Program-made: the position numbers and the translations under genes
Notes under the pieces: generated by a model
The model's input: only the letters and a program-made list of their open reading frames with translations
Database searches by the model: none
Told to the model about the DNA's origin: nothing
DNA from: Clostridiaceae bacterium
GTDB taxonomy: Bacteria > Bacillota > Clostridia > Clostridiales > Clostridiaceae
Direction: 5' to 3'
Length of the DNA stretch: 64,000 nt
Assembly: GCA_040797845.1 (NCBI GenBank)
Contig: JBFNFA010000002.1
Location: 9,809 to 73,808, forward strand
In this document: positions 30,252 to 40,375 of the stretch, piece by piece
Numbering within the stretch: position 1 is the first letter of the stretch
How the letters are laid out: every line of letters starts with the position of its first letter

Positions 30252-33176
30252 TTAACGATAATTTACATAGCCAGCTTTAAATGCTTTACCATTATAAGTG
30301 TTAACAACATATACAATGTCTCCACTAGTTAAATTTTGACCTTTAATTCTAGGATTATCTTTATCTATAGTTGTCCATCCATCTGATACGCTTGCTCCTA
30401 ATACTGGCAGTCTTTCTTCTGGTATCTCATCGCTTCCAACTCCGCCTTTTACAACTTTATATTTGTACTCATATTCTGGACTTATAAACGGATTTAATCC
30501 TTCTGCTATTACAGTTAAATCATTTGGATCTCCTATAACATCCAATCCTTCTAATGGTAATGCTATACCTTGTGGTATTTCTATACCATTAGAATCTTTA
30601 CTTTCTGCAAGTTGAGTACTTCTAGTAATATATAATCTTCCATCGCTACTATTTGCTAAACTTTGAGCAGAAAGGTCTATAGTTGCCTCGCATTTTATGT
30701 CAGCCCATATATCAGAATCATATACCGGCGTACCTATTCCATATCCTATTCTTTCATATCTTTGATTATTATCTTTGATATAAACATTTACCATATCTCC
30801 AGCCTTTAAAGTAGTATTTGGCATGATCTTAACCTTACTATTTACTGTGTAGCCGTCTTGCATTATACCATATTTAATTATTTTAATTAAGCTCTTGTCT
30901 ATACCATCAGGTACTCCAACTAAATCATCTTCAGGTTTTATCGTGCATACTGTTGGTGCACTTTCTATCATATTTTGAGAAGTTCTAGTTACATATACAG
31001 CTGTTGCATCATCTGGCAATGTCTTATCTTTTCTAAGTATTATTGTAACATTTAATTTATCATCAATTGACGGGAATACAACTTCTTGTCCAAGTAGCTG
31101 AGTCATATTCTTATCTCTATATACCTTTATAACATCTCCTATTTGTAAGTTAGCTTGTATAGGTGTACGTGTTCCGTCTTTTTCTATATTTACAAATATC
31201 TTATCCTCCGCTAAGCCAGCATTATTTACAACCCTTACAGATTCTGAAGGAATAGACTCACTTGCCATAGATAACACCAATGTAACTTTTGCACCATATC
31301 CAACAATAACACCAGTGTAGCTAGCTGCCCCACCTTTACCATTATTTTTAGGATTTAAATCCCAGTTAACCAAAAGTTCTCTTACACTGTTATCACTCAT
31401 TACAGCTGTAACTTTATCTGGTAAATATTCTTCTAAGTTATTTATATCCGCTCCTATTGCATCCTTCTTTGGAGTAGCAACCTTATCATAAGATATTATT
31501 TTTAAATCTCTCTTAGGTTTTACTAAAGGAGTAGATGAATATGTATATATGGCTCTTCCATAAGGATCTCTATTTGGAGAAATCTGTGGCTCATTAGCAA
31601 TTGACATATTATTTCCTTTAGTGTAATAAATTTTATCATCCACTATGTTTATAAAGTTAGCATAGTCATTTGAATATTTTTCTCCAGTAACTTTTAAATA
31701 ATTCGTTAATGGTGCTCTATATATTTTATTTCCATCTGAAGCATCTGTATAATAGATGTAGTTGTTACTACTACTGCTTGCTTCCGACACATTCATAGTT
31801 GTTATAATAGCGTTTTTACCAGTAGTACCGTTAGTTACTGAAATATCAGCTACATTAGATCCACTTTTATTCATAGCCTTTAACTGTCCAGAATCTGTTA
31901 TGTAATAAATTTTATCATTTCTTTCTGAAAGTGTTATAAACTTTGCTCTATCGCTAGAGATTTTACTTCTATAAGTTCCATCTGTATGAACTGAATATAT
32001 AGAATTTCCTTCGCTCTTATTTACAAAGTAAATTATATCCCCACTTATAGTTAAATATTCAGCCTCGTCATTTGTTATATTAATACCTGTTGATTTATTG
32101 GCATTTTTGCTAACCTTTTTAATATTTCCAACGCCTCTTCCTGAGTGATAAGTATAATAAATATACTCTCCTGAAACTGTTAAATAAGAAGCCTGGTCTG
32201 TACTTACTATTCTTCTTCCTGTACCATCTTTTTTAATCTTATAAATTTTTTGGCCATCTGAGTAGTTAACGTAATAAATATAATCTCCAACAACATTTAT
32301 AAATTTAGCATTATCTTCACAGATTTTTTCGCTAATAACATCATTAGTCTTGTAAATTCCGCCTCCGTCTGCTGAATGACTATAGTATTTCCAACCCCCA
32401 TCTTGAGCTATTAATCCGTTATTATTTAGATTTCCTAATCCATTTCCATTTTTTCCATTATATGCATTTTCCGGATTAGAATTTTCTAAATTGAAAAATT
32501 GTACTGTTGTAATTCCCTCTTTTAATTCAACAATTTCTGTAGTTGCTATAGGTGACTTATCCGAAGTTAATATTTGAATTTTTATCTTTGGATCTGTAGT
32601 CAATAAGTTAATTGTATAATCGTCTTCTTGTCCCTGCGGAATCTTACCTATTTTTTTAACTAAATCACTATTGTTCTTATTTATAACTTTAAAATACTCT
32701 CCCTTTAAACTGCTTGGAGATAAATCCATCTTATCCTTATCTGGTATAGTTATACTCATCAGCATTAAACCACTATTTCCAAGTTTGGTCACCTTACTGC
32801 TTATCTCTAGCTTTACTGTCAGATTACTATCTGCCAAATAATCTCCATTTGATTGTTTTTTATATGGTACTTGTTTTCCGTTTGATACATAATGAGTTAT
32901 AATATCCTCACTTACATATCCTGAATCTCCTGGCTTTAAGTCACCGCCTTTAAACAGTGAAGTTATTGTCCCTGAACTATCTTTTACATAATAAAGATCC
33001 TTATAGGATGAATTGTTTAAAATATCATTAAATTGTTTCGCATTATTAGTTATATATTCTACGCTATATGATTTATTTCCAATAACTATAGCACCATAAG
33101 GTAGTGCTGCTGAAACAGAAGATGACAACATTGTAGCTAAAACTATGGAAGCCACAAAAACCTTTGTTTTTTTCAT
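30252..33176 (-). CDS. Large secreted DUF5050 beta-propeller protein with Big_4-like domain
   Basis: Repeats DNAKFINVVGDYIYYVNYSDGQKIYKIKKDGT; LPDKVTAVMSDNSVRELLVNW; start MKKTK at 33176. Confidence 0.85.
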   Translation of the reverse strand: MKKTKVFVASIVLATMLSSSVSAALPYGAIVIGNKSYSVEYITNNAKQFNDILNNSSYKDLYYVKDSSGTITSLFKGGDLKPGDSGYVSEDIITHYVSNGKQVPYKKQSNGDYLADSNLTVKLEISSKVTKLGNSGLMLMSITIPDKDKMDLSPSSLKGEYFKVINKNNSDLVKKIGKIPQGQEDDYTINLLTTDPKIKIQILTSDKSPIATTEIVELKEGITTVQFFNLENSNPENAYNGKNGNGLGNLNNNGLIAQDGGWKYYSHSADGGGIYKTNDVISEKICEDNAKFINVVGDYIYYVNYSDGQKIYKIKKDGTGRRIVSTDQASYLTVSGEYIYYTYHSGRGVGNIKKVSKNANKSTGINITNDEAEYLTISGDIIYFVNKSEGNSIYSVHTDGTYRSKISSDRAKFITLSERNDKIYYITDSGQLKAMNKSGSNVADISVTNGTTGKNAIITTMNVSEASSSSNNYIYYTDASDGNKIYRAPLTNYLKVTGEKYSNDYANFINIVDDKIYYTKGNNMSIANEPQISPNRDPYGRAIYTYSSTPLVKPKRDLKIISYDKVATPKKDAIGADINNLEEYLPDKVTAVMSDNSVRELLVNWDLNPKNNGKGGAASYTGVIVGYGAKVTLVLSMASESIPSESVRVVNNAGLAEDKIFVNIEKDGTRTPIQANLQIGDVIKVYRDKNMTQLLGQEVVFPSIDDKLNVTIILRKDKTLPDDATAVYVTRTSQNMIESAPTVCTIKPEDDLVGVPDGIDKSLIKIIKYGIMQDGYTVNSKVKIMPNTTLKAGDMVNVYIKDNNQRYERIGYGIGTPVYDSDIWADIKCEATIDLSAQSLANSSDGRLYITRSTQLAESKDSNGIEIPQGIALPLEGLDVIGDPNDLTVIAEGLNPFISPEYEYKYKVVKGGVGSDEIPEERLPVLGASVSDGWTTIDKDNPRIKGQNLTSGDIVYVVNTYNGKAFKAGYVNYR

Positions 33177-33300
33177 TTGAATCCACCTTTCCAAATATTC
33201 ATATTTATATATTTTAAAATTGAAATTTATGAATTGCCCTAATTTCCACTAATCTTTCTTAATTTTAATTCCTTATTAATACCCAAATTTTCACGAAATC

Positions 33301-33404
33301 TTCACGAACTGTCCCTGATTTCTCCCTAATCTTTTTAAACTTTTTTAAAAGACGGTTCATGATTCTTACCACAGACTTTTTATCAATTTTCATGAACCGT
33401 CCCC
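33301..33404. repeat. REP-like cluster between surface-protein genes
   Basis: TTCACGAACTGTCCCTGA (33301-33318), GACGGTTCATGA (33351-33362), TTCATGAACCGTCCCC (33389-33404). Confidence 0.85.
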
Positions 33405-33433
33405 AACTTCAACTTACTTATATTGCATAATTT

Positions 33434-35293
33434 TTAGTTTGATACTACTTCAAGTACTAATAACACCGGCTTGCCATAATGTTTAACTCTACCCTTAATA
33501 TAGTAAGTTTGTGGTGTTCCCATATCAATGAAAGGATTGTCCCAAGTGACATCAACCCAAATGCTTCTATCATCTGATGTAGTTGCTAATATTTGATTTG
33601 GCAGATAATAATACTCTCCCTGTACTTTTCTTACACGTATTTCTGGAATATCCTTAATTTTCGGAAGAACTATTAATGTCATATAAGCCTTGTATGGAGA
33701 ATCTTTCACCGTACCCACAAGTTTTACTATACCTGTTTTACTTGTATCAATACTTCTAGTGTTCCAAGTTACTGGCATGTTTTTATTAGTAACTTTATCA
33801 AGCACAGTTTTAGGAAGTTTGTAAGGTTCACCTTGGACTATTTCCATTGTTGTATCATCAAATATATTTGAAGGATATCCTCCACCAGTATCTGTTATCT
33901 GTAAAGTTAATTTAACTTTCTTATTGTATCTATCTACAGTACCGTTAAACACATATAAACCTGGAGAATTTTTCTGCTGTGTTCCATAATCCCAAACTAC
34001 TGGAAGTTCGGCAGAAGTACCATCGCTCATTGTTGCTAGTACTTTCTCTGGTAACACAAAATCATATCTACTATAGGAAGTTTTGTAAACATCCGGTATC
34101 TTTACGGGTATTGGATTTACAACTAAATTTAATGCTATTCTTCTATAATATCCCTCTATATCACCATAAAAAGTAAATAATCCTGGCTTAGAAGTATTAA
34201 CTTTTTTAAGGTTCCAATTAACCTCTACTTCCACCTTCGACCCATCTGACGCCTTAGCGATAAGAGACTTAGGAGGAGTATAATTATCATTTTGATATAT
34301 AGTATCATACACATCTGATACATATGAAACTGCCTTAGGTAAATACTTAGCAGCACTCTCTAGGTCATAACCTATAATCGAAGGACCTCCAAGTATAGTT
34401 AAATTATTTACTACTTCAGAGGATAAAAATTTGGTAGTAGAGCTAGGTAATGGACTGTCTCCTAATAAAATAAATCCATTATCTAAAGCTGCTAATGTAG
34501 ATCCAGCCAAAGCATCAGCATAGGATCTACCTGAAGCTAAAAATAAGTTGTCCATATTCATTTCATTTCTAAAGTAATTTATAATATCAATGTTTCTTTG
34601 ATATTTGTCTCCACTACCAATTCTCTTAGCATTAGGTATGCTATTAAAAACCTTCCTGCTTATAATGTCTTCTCCACCAATTACATATATTTGTTCTGCT
34701 TTCTTGTTGGAATTAATGTAACTCATTACTTTACTGTCTACACTATCTTTCCCCACCATTAAAATTGGCATTTCCTTTATAGCTGCTATAGGTGCCATAG
34801 ATACAGCATCTTCAAAATAGCCTCCATTTACGATAGCAATTTGCTTTGGCTTACCAAGCTTTTTAGCTACTTCTAGTGAAGTTTCGTATCTATCCTTTCC
34901 ACCAATTCTAGTAGTTTTAATTCCCATGGCTTTTAAACCATCTTCTACATTCTGAGAAATAACTCCTTTTTGTCCTACTAAAAATACATTTTTAACTCCC
35001 AATCTTTTAAGTTCTACTGATGTATACATATTTAAAGAATTTTTGTTTGTTAAAAGTATAGGAGCATTATACTTTTTAGCTAGTGGAGCAGCAGATACCG
35101 CATCTGGAAAATTCTCTCCAGAAACAACTACGGCATAATTGCTTTTACCTTTCCATCCGGTATTACAAACTTTTGCAGCAGTCTCATACCTATCATCTCC
35201 ATAAATACGAGTAGTTTTTGGAGCAGCTAACACCTTACTACTAATGAGACATAATATTAAGGTCGCTATTACTATAAATCTTCTCTTTGTCAT
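33434..35293 (-). CDS. CWB2 protein with C-terminal Big_4 Ig-like repeats
   Basis: RIYGDDRYETA, FPDAVSAAP, three CWB2 repeats; LPEKVLATMSDG..LPVVW repeats. Confidence 0.9.
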   Translation of the reverse strand: MTKRRFIVIATLILCLISSKVLAAPKTTRIYGDDRYETAAKVCNTGWKGKSNYAVVVSGENFPDAVSAAPLAKKYNAPILLTNKNSLNMYTSVELKRLGVKNVFLVGQKGVISQNVEDGLKAMGIKTTRIGGKDRYETSLEVAKKLGKPKQIAIVNGGYFEDAVSMAPIAAIKEMPILMVGKDSVDSKVMSYINSNKKAEQIYVIGGEDIISRKVFNSIPNAKRIGSGDKYQRNIDIINYFRNEMNMDNLFLASGRSYADALAGSTLAALDNGFILLGDSPLPSSTTKFLSSEVVNNLTILGGPSIIGYDLESAAKYLPKAVSYVSDVYDTIYQNDNYTPPKSLIAKASDGSKVEVEVNWNLKKVNTSKPGLFTFYGDIEGYYRRIALNLVVNPIPVKIPDVYKTSYSRYDFVLPEKVLATMSDGTSAELPVVWDYGTQQKNSPGLYVFNGTVDRYNKKVKLTLQITDTGGGYPSNIFDDTTMEIVQGEPYKLPKTVLDKVTNKNMPVTWNTRSIDTSKTGIVKLVGTVKDSPYKAYMTLIVLPKIKDIPEIRVRKVQGEYYYLPNQILATTSDDRSIWVDVTWDNPFIDMGTPQTYYIKGRVKHYGKPVLLVLEVVSN

Positions 35294-35865
35294 TAAACAT
35301 CACCTTTTGATTATTTTATATTACATTAATTATCGTTTAATAATTTAAAAAATTAATAAATTATTGCTCTTTTTTTGAAATTATAACCTTTTATTCTACA
35401 TTTATAAACCTATTTTAACCTAAATTACCATGTAAGTAAAATTAATCTACAAATTATCTTAATTTTTTATTGATATTATGTTATATTAATTATATAATTT
35501 AAATTATAATAATATTAAATTTTTTTTAATACTTTTATTTAGACATTATTTTTTTACAATATATAACAAGAGGTGATATTTTGTGCAACAATTAAGCCCC
35601 ATTGAAGCAAGAAAGAAACATATAAAAAAATTAACTTGGACATTATCAATTCTTGCAGTAATCTTCGTAGTAGGTATAACAATGTTAATATCTTATATTT
35701 AAAAGAATCCACAGAAGGGTTCTTTTTATTTATTTGTTTATTTATGTAGATCAATGGGAATCCAAATCTCTAATTATTTAATATTAAAAGGGTTTTATGG
35801 AATTTCATAGAATAATTTATTCTAGATATACATTTAGAAAGAATACTTTAGAGAGGATGAATTAT

Positions 35866-36729
35866 ATGAGAGTAAAAAAAGCAGTAATACCTGCAGCAGG
35901 CTTAGGAACCAGATTTTTACCTGCTACTAAAGCGCAACCAAAGGAAATGCTTCCTATCGTTGATAAACCAACAATACAGTACATAATTGAAGAAGCTGTA
36001 GCTTCAGGCATTGAGGAAATCCTTATAATCACAGGAAGAAATAAACGCGCTATTGAAGACCATTTTGATAAATCCGTGGAGTTAGAAAAAGAATTAGAAG
36101 ATCATAATAAAGAAGAATTATTGTCCATGGTTAAAGATATATCTAATATGGTTAATATATATTACATAAGACAAAAGGAGCCAAGAGGTTTAGGCCATGC
36201 TATAAGTTGTGCTAAAACCTTCGTTGGTGATGAGCCCTTTGCAGTTATGCTAGGTGATGACATAGTAGACAGTACCACTCCTTGCTTAAAGCAACTAATC
36301 GATTGTTATGACGAATATAAAACTACAATACTTGGAGTGCAAGAAGTTCCTCAAGAAGACGTTTCTAAATACGGAATAGTCAAAGGATTACATATAGAAG
36401 ATAGAGTTCACAAAGTTAAGGATTTAGTTGAAAAGCCAAATATGGAAGAAGCTCCATCCAGCATTGCTATACTTGGGAGATACATAATAACTCCAAAAAT
36501 ATTTAATATATTAGAAAATACAAAACCAGGTAAAAACGGGGAAATCCAACTTACAGATGCTCTTAAAACTTTAATAAAAGACGAAGCTATGTATGCATAT
36601 ATATTTGAAGGCAAAAGATATGATGTAGGAGATAAATTAGGTTTTTTACAAGCTACTGTAGAATTCGCTTTAAAAAGAGAAGATTTAAGAGATGGCTTTA
36701 TGAATTATTTAACTCAAGTCATTAAATAA
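35866..36729 (+). CDS. galU: UTP--glucose-1-phosphate uridylyltransferase
   Basis: KAVIPAAGLGTRFLPATKAQPKEML, GLGHA, LGDD, VEKP, GEIQLTD; start at 35866. Confidence 0.96.
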   Translation: MRVKKAVIPAAGLGTRFLPATKAQPKEMLPIVDKPTIQYIIEEAVASGIEEILIITGRNKRAIEDHFDKSVELEKELEDHNKEELLSMVKDISNMVNIYYIRQKEPRGLGHAISCAKTFVGDEPFAVMLGDDIVDSTTPCLKQLIDCYDEYKTTILGVQEVPQEDVSKYGIVKGLHIEDRVHKVKDLVEKPNMEEAPSSIAILGRYIITPKIFNILENTKPGKNGEIQLTDALKTLIKDEAMYAYIFEGKRYDVGDKLGFLQATVEFALKREDLRDGFMNYLTQVIK

Positions 36730-36733
36730 AAAT

Positions 36734-36776
36734 AGAGCATACATAAATTTAATTTATACAAATCTATGTATGCTCT
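36734..36776. terminator. Hairpin between convergent galU and vanZ
   Basis: AGAGCATACATA...TATGTATGCTCT. Confidence 0.6.
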
Positions 36777-36789
36777 CAATATATATTCG

Positions 36790-37266
36790 TTAACTTATTT
36801 CCTCTTCCTTTAGTCTTATATAATACAATAACAAAGAGAACAACGCTCCACTAGTGTCTATTAACACATCAGTAAATTTCCCACTCCTACCCGGTACAAA
36901 GGTTTGATGATATTCATCACTACAAGCATATAAAAATGAAATACCTAAGGCCAGTTTAAAACTTTTTCTTAATTCATAGTCCTGCTTTAAGGCATTTATC
37001 AGCAATAAATTCAATATAAAATACTCAGTAAAGTGCCCTAGCTTTCTCACTATGAAACTGGTGAATTCTCCAAAAATACTATTCATATTTATACCTATTG
37101 AAGTTAATACTTCAATTACAAATCCACTTTTACCATCAGATATATCTGCAGGGTCTGAGGAAAATTTATAGATTACTATCATCCAAGCAATCACTAAAAA
37201 ATATTTTAAAATTTTTTTATAACTTATTTTATTCATTCTATACTCCAATAAATCATCTAATATCAT
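36790..37266 (-). CDS. VanZ-like membrane protein
   Basis: RKLGHFTEY, YACSDEYHQTFVPGRSG, DVLIDTSG. Confidence 0.9.
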   Translation of the reverse strand: MILDDLLEYRMNKISYKKILKYFLVIAWMIVIYKFSSDPADISDGKSGFVIEVLTSIGINMNSIFGEFTSFIVRKLGHFTEYFILNLLLINALKQDYELRKSFKLALGISFLYACSDEYHQTFVPGRSGKFTDVLIDTSGALFSLLLYYIRLKEEEIS

Positions 37267-37414
37267 ATAAACAAATCCAACTCTTTTAATTATATCATAT
37301 GCAACGTAAAATTCACTTAGTTTAACATATTAATATCATAAATAAAAAAATAGAGTATTTTTTAAATATACTCTATGATCTATAATCTATAAATTATGAT
37401 TTATACCCTATACT

Positions 37415-38356
37415 TTATTCTCTATCATTATTTTCTTTATAATTATCTGTACAAATTCTGTTTCTTCCACTTTTCTTAGCCATATAAAGAGCTTTGTCTG
37501 CACAGTTTATCATATCATCTAAAGACATACTATAATCTTCTTCTATTGAGCATATTCCAAAACTAGCAGTAACCTTTATTTTAATATCTTTATAAATAAA
37601 CTCACTGTTTTCTAACTCTTTTTTTATTTTACTGCATATGGTAAGGGCATCCCTTTCCTCTGAATTTTTTAGTACTAATATAAATTCATCCCCACCATAT
37701 CTTCCAACCCAATAGGCCCTTTCCCCTATAGATTCTTTAACTAAATTTCCAAACTTCTTTAATATATGGTCTCCTACAATATGACCGTAATTATCATTTA
37801 TACTTTTAAAATAATCTATATCAATCATAACTATACACACAGGAAAGTTCTTAAAAGAATTATTATTTGCTATAATAGCCAGCTGTTCCATAATATATCT
37901 TCTATTAAAAGCACCTGTTAGTGAATCTTTTATAGCAGACTGATTTAACTTAAAAATTAGATTGCCTATATTGTGCATAAACTTTTTATCTGAATGGGTA
38001 TCAATGCCTTTATCCGTAACATCTTTTATTAATTCCACTATATGTGTGGCATTGCCTATATTTACTGGTGAAGCGGTTACAATAAATATTTTTCCACCTC
38101 TTTCTTCAATCTTCACAAAAGTATCATTCTCAAACATAGCTCTAAGAGAAATGCAATTACTACAACTTTCACCCTTCTCCCAAAATTTATAGCAGGAATG
38201 GTTTAGCAAGTTCATATTATCTTCTTTAGAATTTACATTAATAACCTTCTTTTTTATTGGATCAATTACTCTTATAGCATCGTAAAAATTTTTAAATACC
38301 GAGAGTCTATCTTCAATTTCAGTTAATATATCCATATATCCACATCCATTTCCCAC
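37415..38356 (-). CDS. Diguanylate cyclase (PAS-like N-terminus + GGDEF)
   Basis: DSLTGAFNR, DIDYFKSINDNYGH, RYGGDEF, ADKALY.AK.SGRN. Confidence 0.92.
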   Translation of the reverse strand: MGNGCGYMDILTEIEDRLSVFKNFYDAIRVIDPIKKKVINVNSKEDNMNLLNHSCYKFWEKGESCSNCISLRAMFENDTFVKIEERGGKIFIVTASPVNIGNATHIVELIKDVTDKGIDTHSDKKFMHNIGNLIFKLNQSAIKDSLTGAFNRRYIMEQLAIIANNNSFKNFPVCIVMIDIDYFKSINDNYGHIVGDHILKKFGNLVKESIGERAYWVGRYGGDEFILVLKNSEERDALTICSKIKKELENSEFIYKDIKIKVTASFGICSIEEDYSMSLDDMINCADKALYMAKKSGRNRICTDNYKENNDRE

Positions 38357-38543
38357 ATTATAAAATATAACTATATTTCATATGTATTATATAAATATTT
38401 AACAATCTTTACAATTAATATATTAAATCTTTTATAAGTCTCACTTTCATCTTCAGCGAAATGACATCAACTAATTATATTTAAAATATCCATATATAAA
38501 TATAATTGTAGTTTACTTTTATTATATCCATTTTTAAAACAAT

Positions 38544-38586
38544 AAAAAAAGATGGATATAAACTCTCTTTACCATCCATCCTTTTT
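38544..38586 (-). terminator. Terminator after the radical SAM gene
   Basis: AAAAAAAGATGGAT...ATCCATCCTTTTT. Confidence 0.5.
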
Positions 38587-38620
38587 AATTTTATGCTATT
38601 TTTTTAACTAATTATATTGA

Positions 38621-40000
38621 TTAACCCTTTGACATTTCATAGTTGCCCGTTGAATTAAACTCTTCCTTCCAAGCTTTCTCTGCATAAGGTTTAAATTCTT
38701 CAGCTAGTTTATCTAAATTTTTCTTAAACTCCTCATCATGTATCATCATCTCTGCCCCTTTGTCTGTAGGCTTAGCACCAGTCTTTTTCACTAAATCTCT
38801 TATGGTTTCTGGATTATCAATCATCATACAAGGCAGCAATAAATTATCGTTATACGGTTGCATTTTTCTTAGCTCCTTAAAGAAAGGACCTTTAAATACA
38901 TCTAATAAAGGCTTGCCTTTTACATTGTCTGTAGCGAAGTGTGAAAATATACACGGTTCTACATCTCCATGAGAATTTATGTGACAATAATATTTTCCTG
39001 CAATGCATCCTCCAACATAAGGCGCATCATTAAAAAAATCTATAGCAAAATAAGATTTAGTCGTCCTAATTTTTCTTACCCTTTCTCCTAGCATTAGCCT
39101 TTGTTCTGGAGTTAACATAAGATTGAAATCTGGCTTATCTCCAACAGGCATGAATATAAAATACCAACTCATCTTCGCACCCTTTTTTATTAGCATATCT
39201 ATAAACTCATCTGAAGTTACTGTGTCTACATTATGTCTACCAGTGGCTGAAGATACTCCAAATAAAACTCCTCTTTCTCTTAAAAGATCCATTCCATGCA
39301 TTACTTTTTTAAATACGCCTTTTCCTCTTCTCTCATCGGTTTCTTCTTCAAATCCTTCTAGTGAAAACATAGGTAGAACGTTTCCTAGATCCCTTATTTT
39401 ATCTGCTAATTTTTCGTCAAATAAAGTTCCATTAGTGAAAGGAGTAAATATTACATCATTGTATTTCTCATATATATCCAGCATATATTCATTGAAGAAT
39501 GGCTCTCCTCCAAGTATAACAAAGTAATATATTCCAATGTCTCTAGCTTCCTTAACTATCCTATCTACTTCTTCATAAGGTATATCGTCCTCTTTACTAT
39601 AACTTGCTGCATAACATCCAGTGCACCTAAGGTTGCATCTCATTGAAGGGCTTAATAATATAACAAAAGGAGTTTTTATATCCTCTTCCTCTAGTAATTT
39701 AGACCTCTTAGGCATTCCGTACCAAACAGCATTGGCAAAAAAATTTGTAAATAGTTTTTTTAGGCAATTCTTATCTGTAGTTTTTAATATGTTCTGTACA
39801 TATTCATTCACTGAAGGCATTTCTTTATAGTACTTTTCCACATTATAAACTCTCTTTAAGTTCTCCTCATCCTTTACGGCCCTTTTAATAATGTCAAACA
39901 CCTTGTCAACATTTTTCTCCGGGTCTTTGCTGAGCAATTCTGCACCTTTTTTTACGAGCACATCCTTTGCTGCTTTTTCCATGGATTCCATAACTCTCAT
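38621..40000 (-). CDS. Radical SAM protein with SPASM/twitch-like C-terminus
   Basis: CNLRCTGC, GGEPF, FTNGT, GGCIAG..HINSHGDVEPC. Confidence 0.9.
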   Translation of the reverse strand: MRVMESMEKAAKDVLVKKGAELLSKDPEKNVDKVFDIIKRAVKDEENLKRVYNVEKYYKEMPSVNEYVQNILKTTDKNCLKKLFTNFFANAVWYGMPKRSKLLEEEDIKTPFVILLSPSMRCNLRCTGCYAASYSKEDDIPYEEVDRIVKEARDIGIYYFVILGGEPFFNEYMLDIYEKYNDVIFTPFTNGTLFDEKLADKIRDLGNVLPMFSLEGFEEETDERRGKGVFKKVMHGMDLLRERGVLFGVSSATGRHNVDTVTSDEFIDMLIKKGAKMSWYFIFMPVGDKPDFNLMLTPEQRLMLGERVRKIRTTKSYFAIDFFNDAPYVGGCIAGKYYCHINSHGDVEPCIFSHFATDNVKGKPLLDVFKGPFFKELRKMQPYNDNLLLPCMMIDNPETIRDLVKKTGAKPTDKGAEMMIHDEEFKKNLDKLAEEFKPYAEKAWKEEFNSTGNYEMSKG

Positions 40001-40375
40001 TTATGATTCCCCCCGACATAAAAATGATTTTTAATTGCCCTTCCAATAAGAACTGACTAATCGTCTAGTATTATTATATTCCTGTCATTTCCAAAAGCAA
40101 CATATTCCATATACAATTCACAAACTATTCATAATATATACATATTTTTTCAACCGTATATTTTAACTTTAATTTAATAAAACATATACCTCTCATAATC
40201 CATATACTGTCTGCCTGCAAAACAGATAATAAGTTTTATAATTTTATGCAAAATTAAACTTATATTTATAAAATGCAGGTTTTACTTTATAAATCCTATG
40301 TGATATATTTAAAATAATTTACTTTACATATATATAATGGTAACTATAACATTTCCAATTTTAGGAGGGACATCA

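Noticed and set aside
35554-35754. 66-aa intergenic ORF
   Set aside because: AT-rich promoter region of galU; no SD or protein-like signal.
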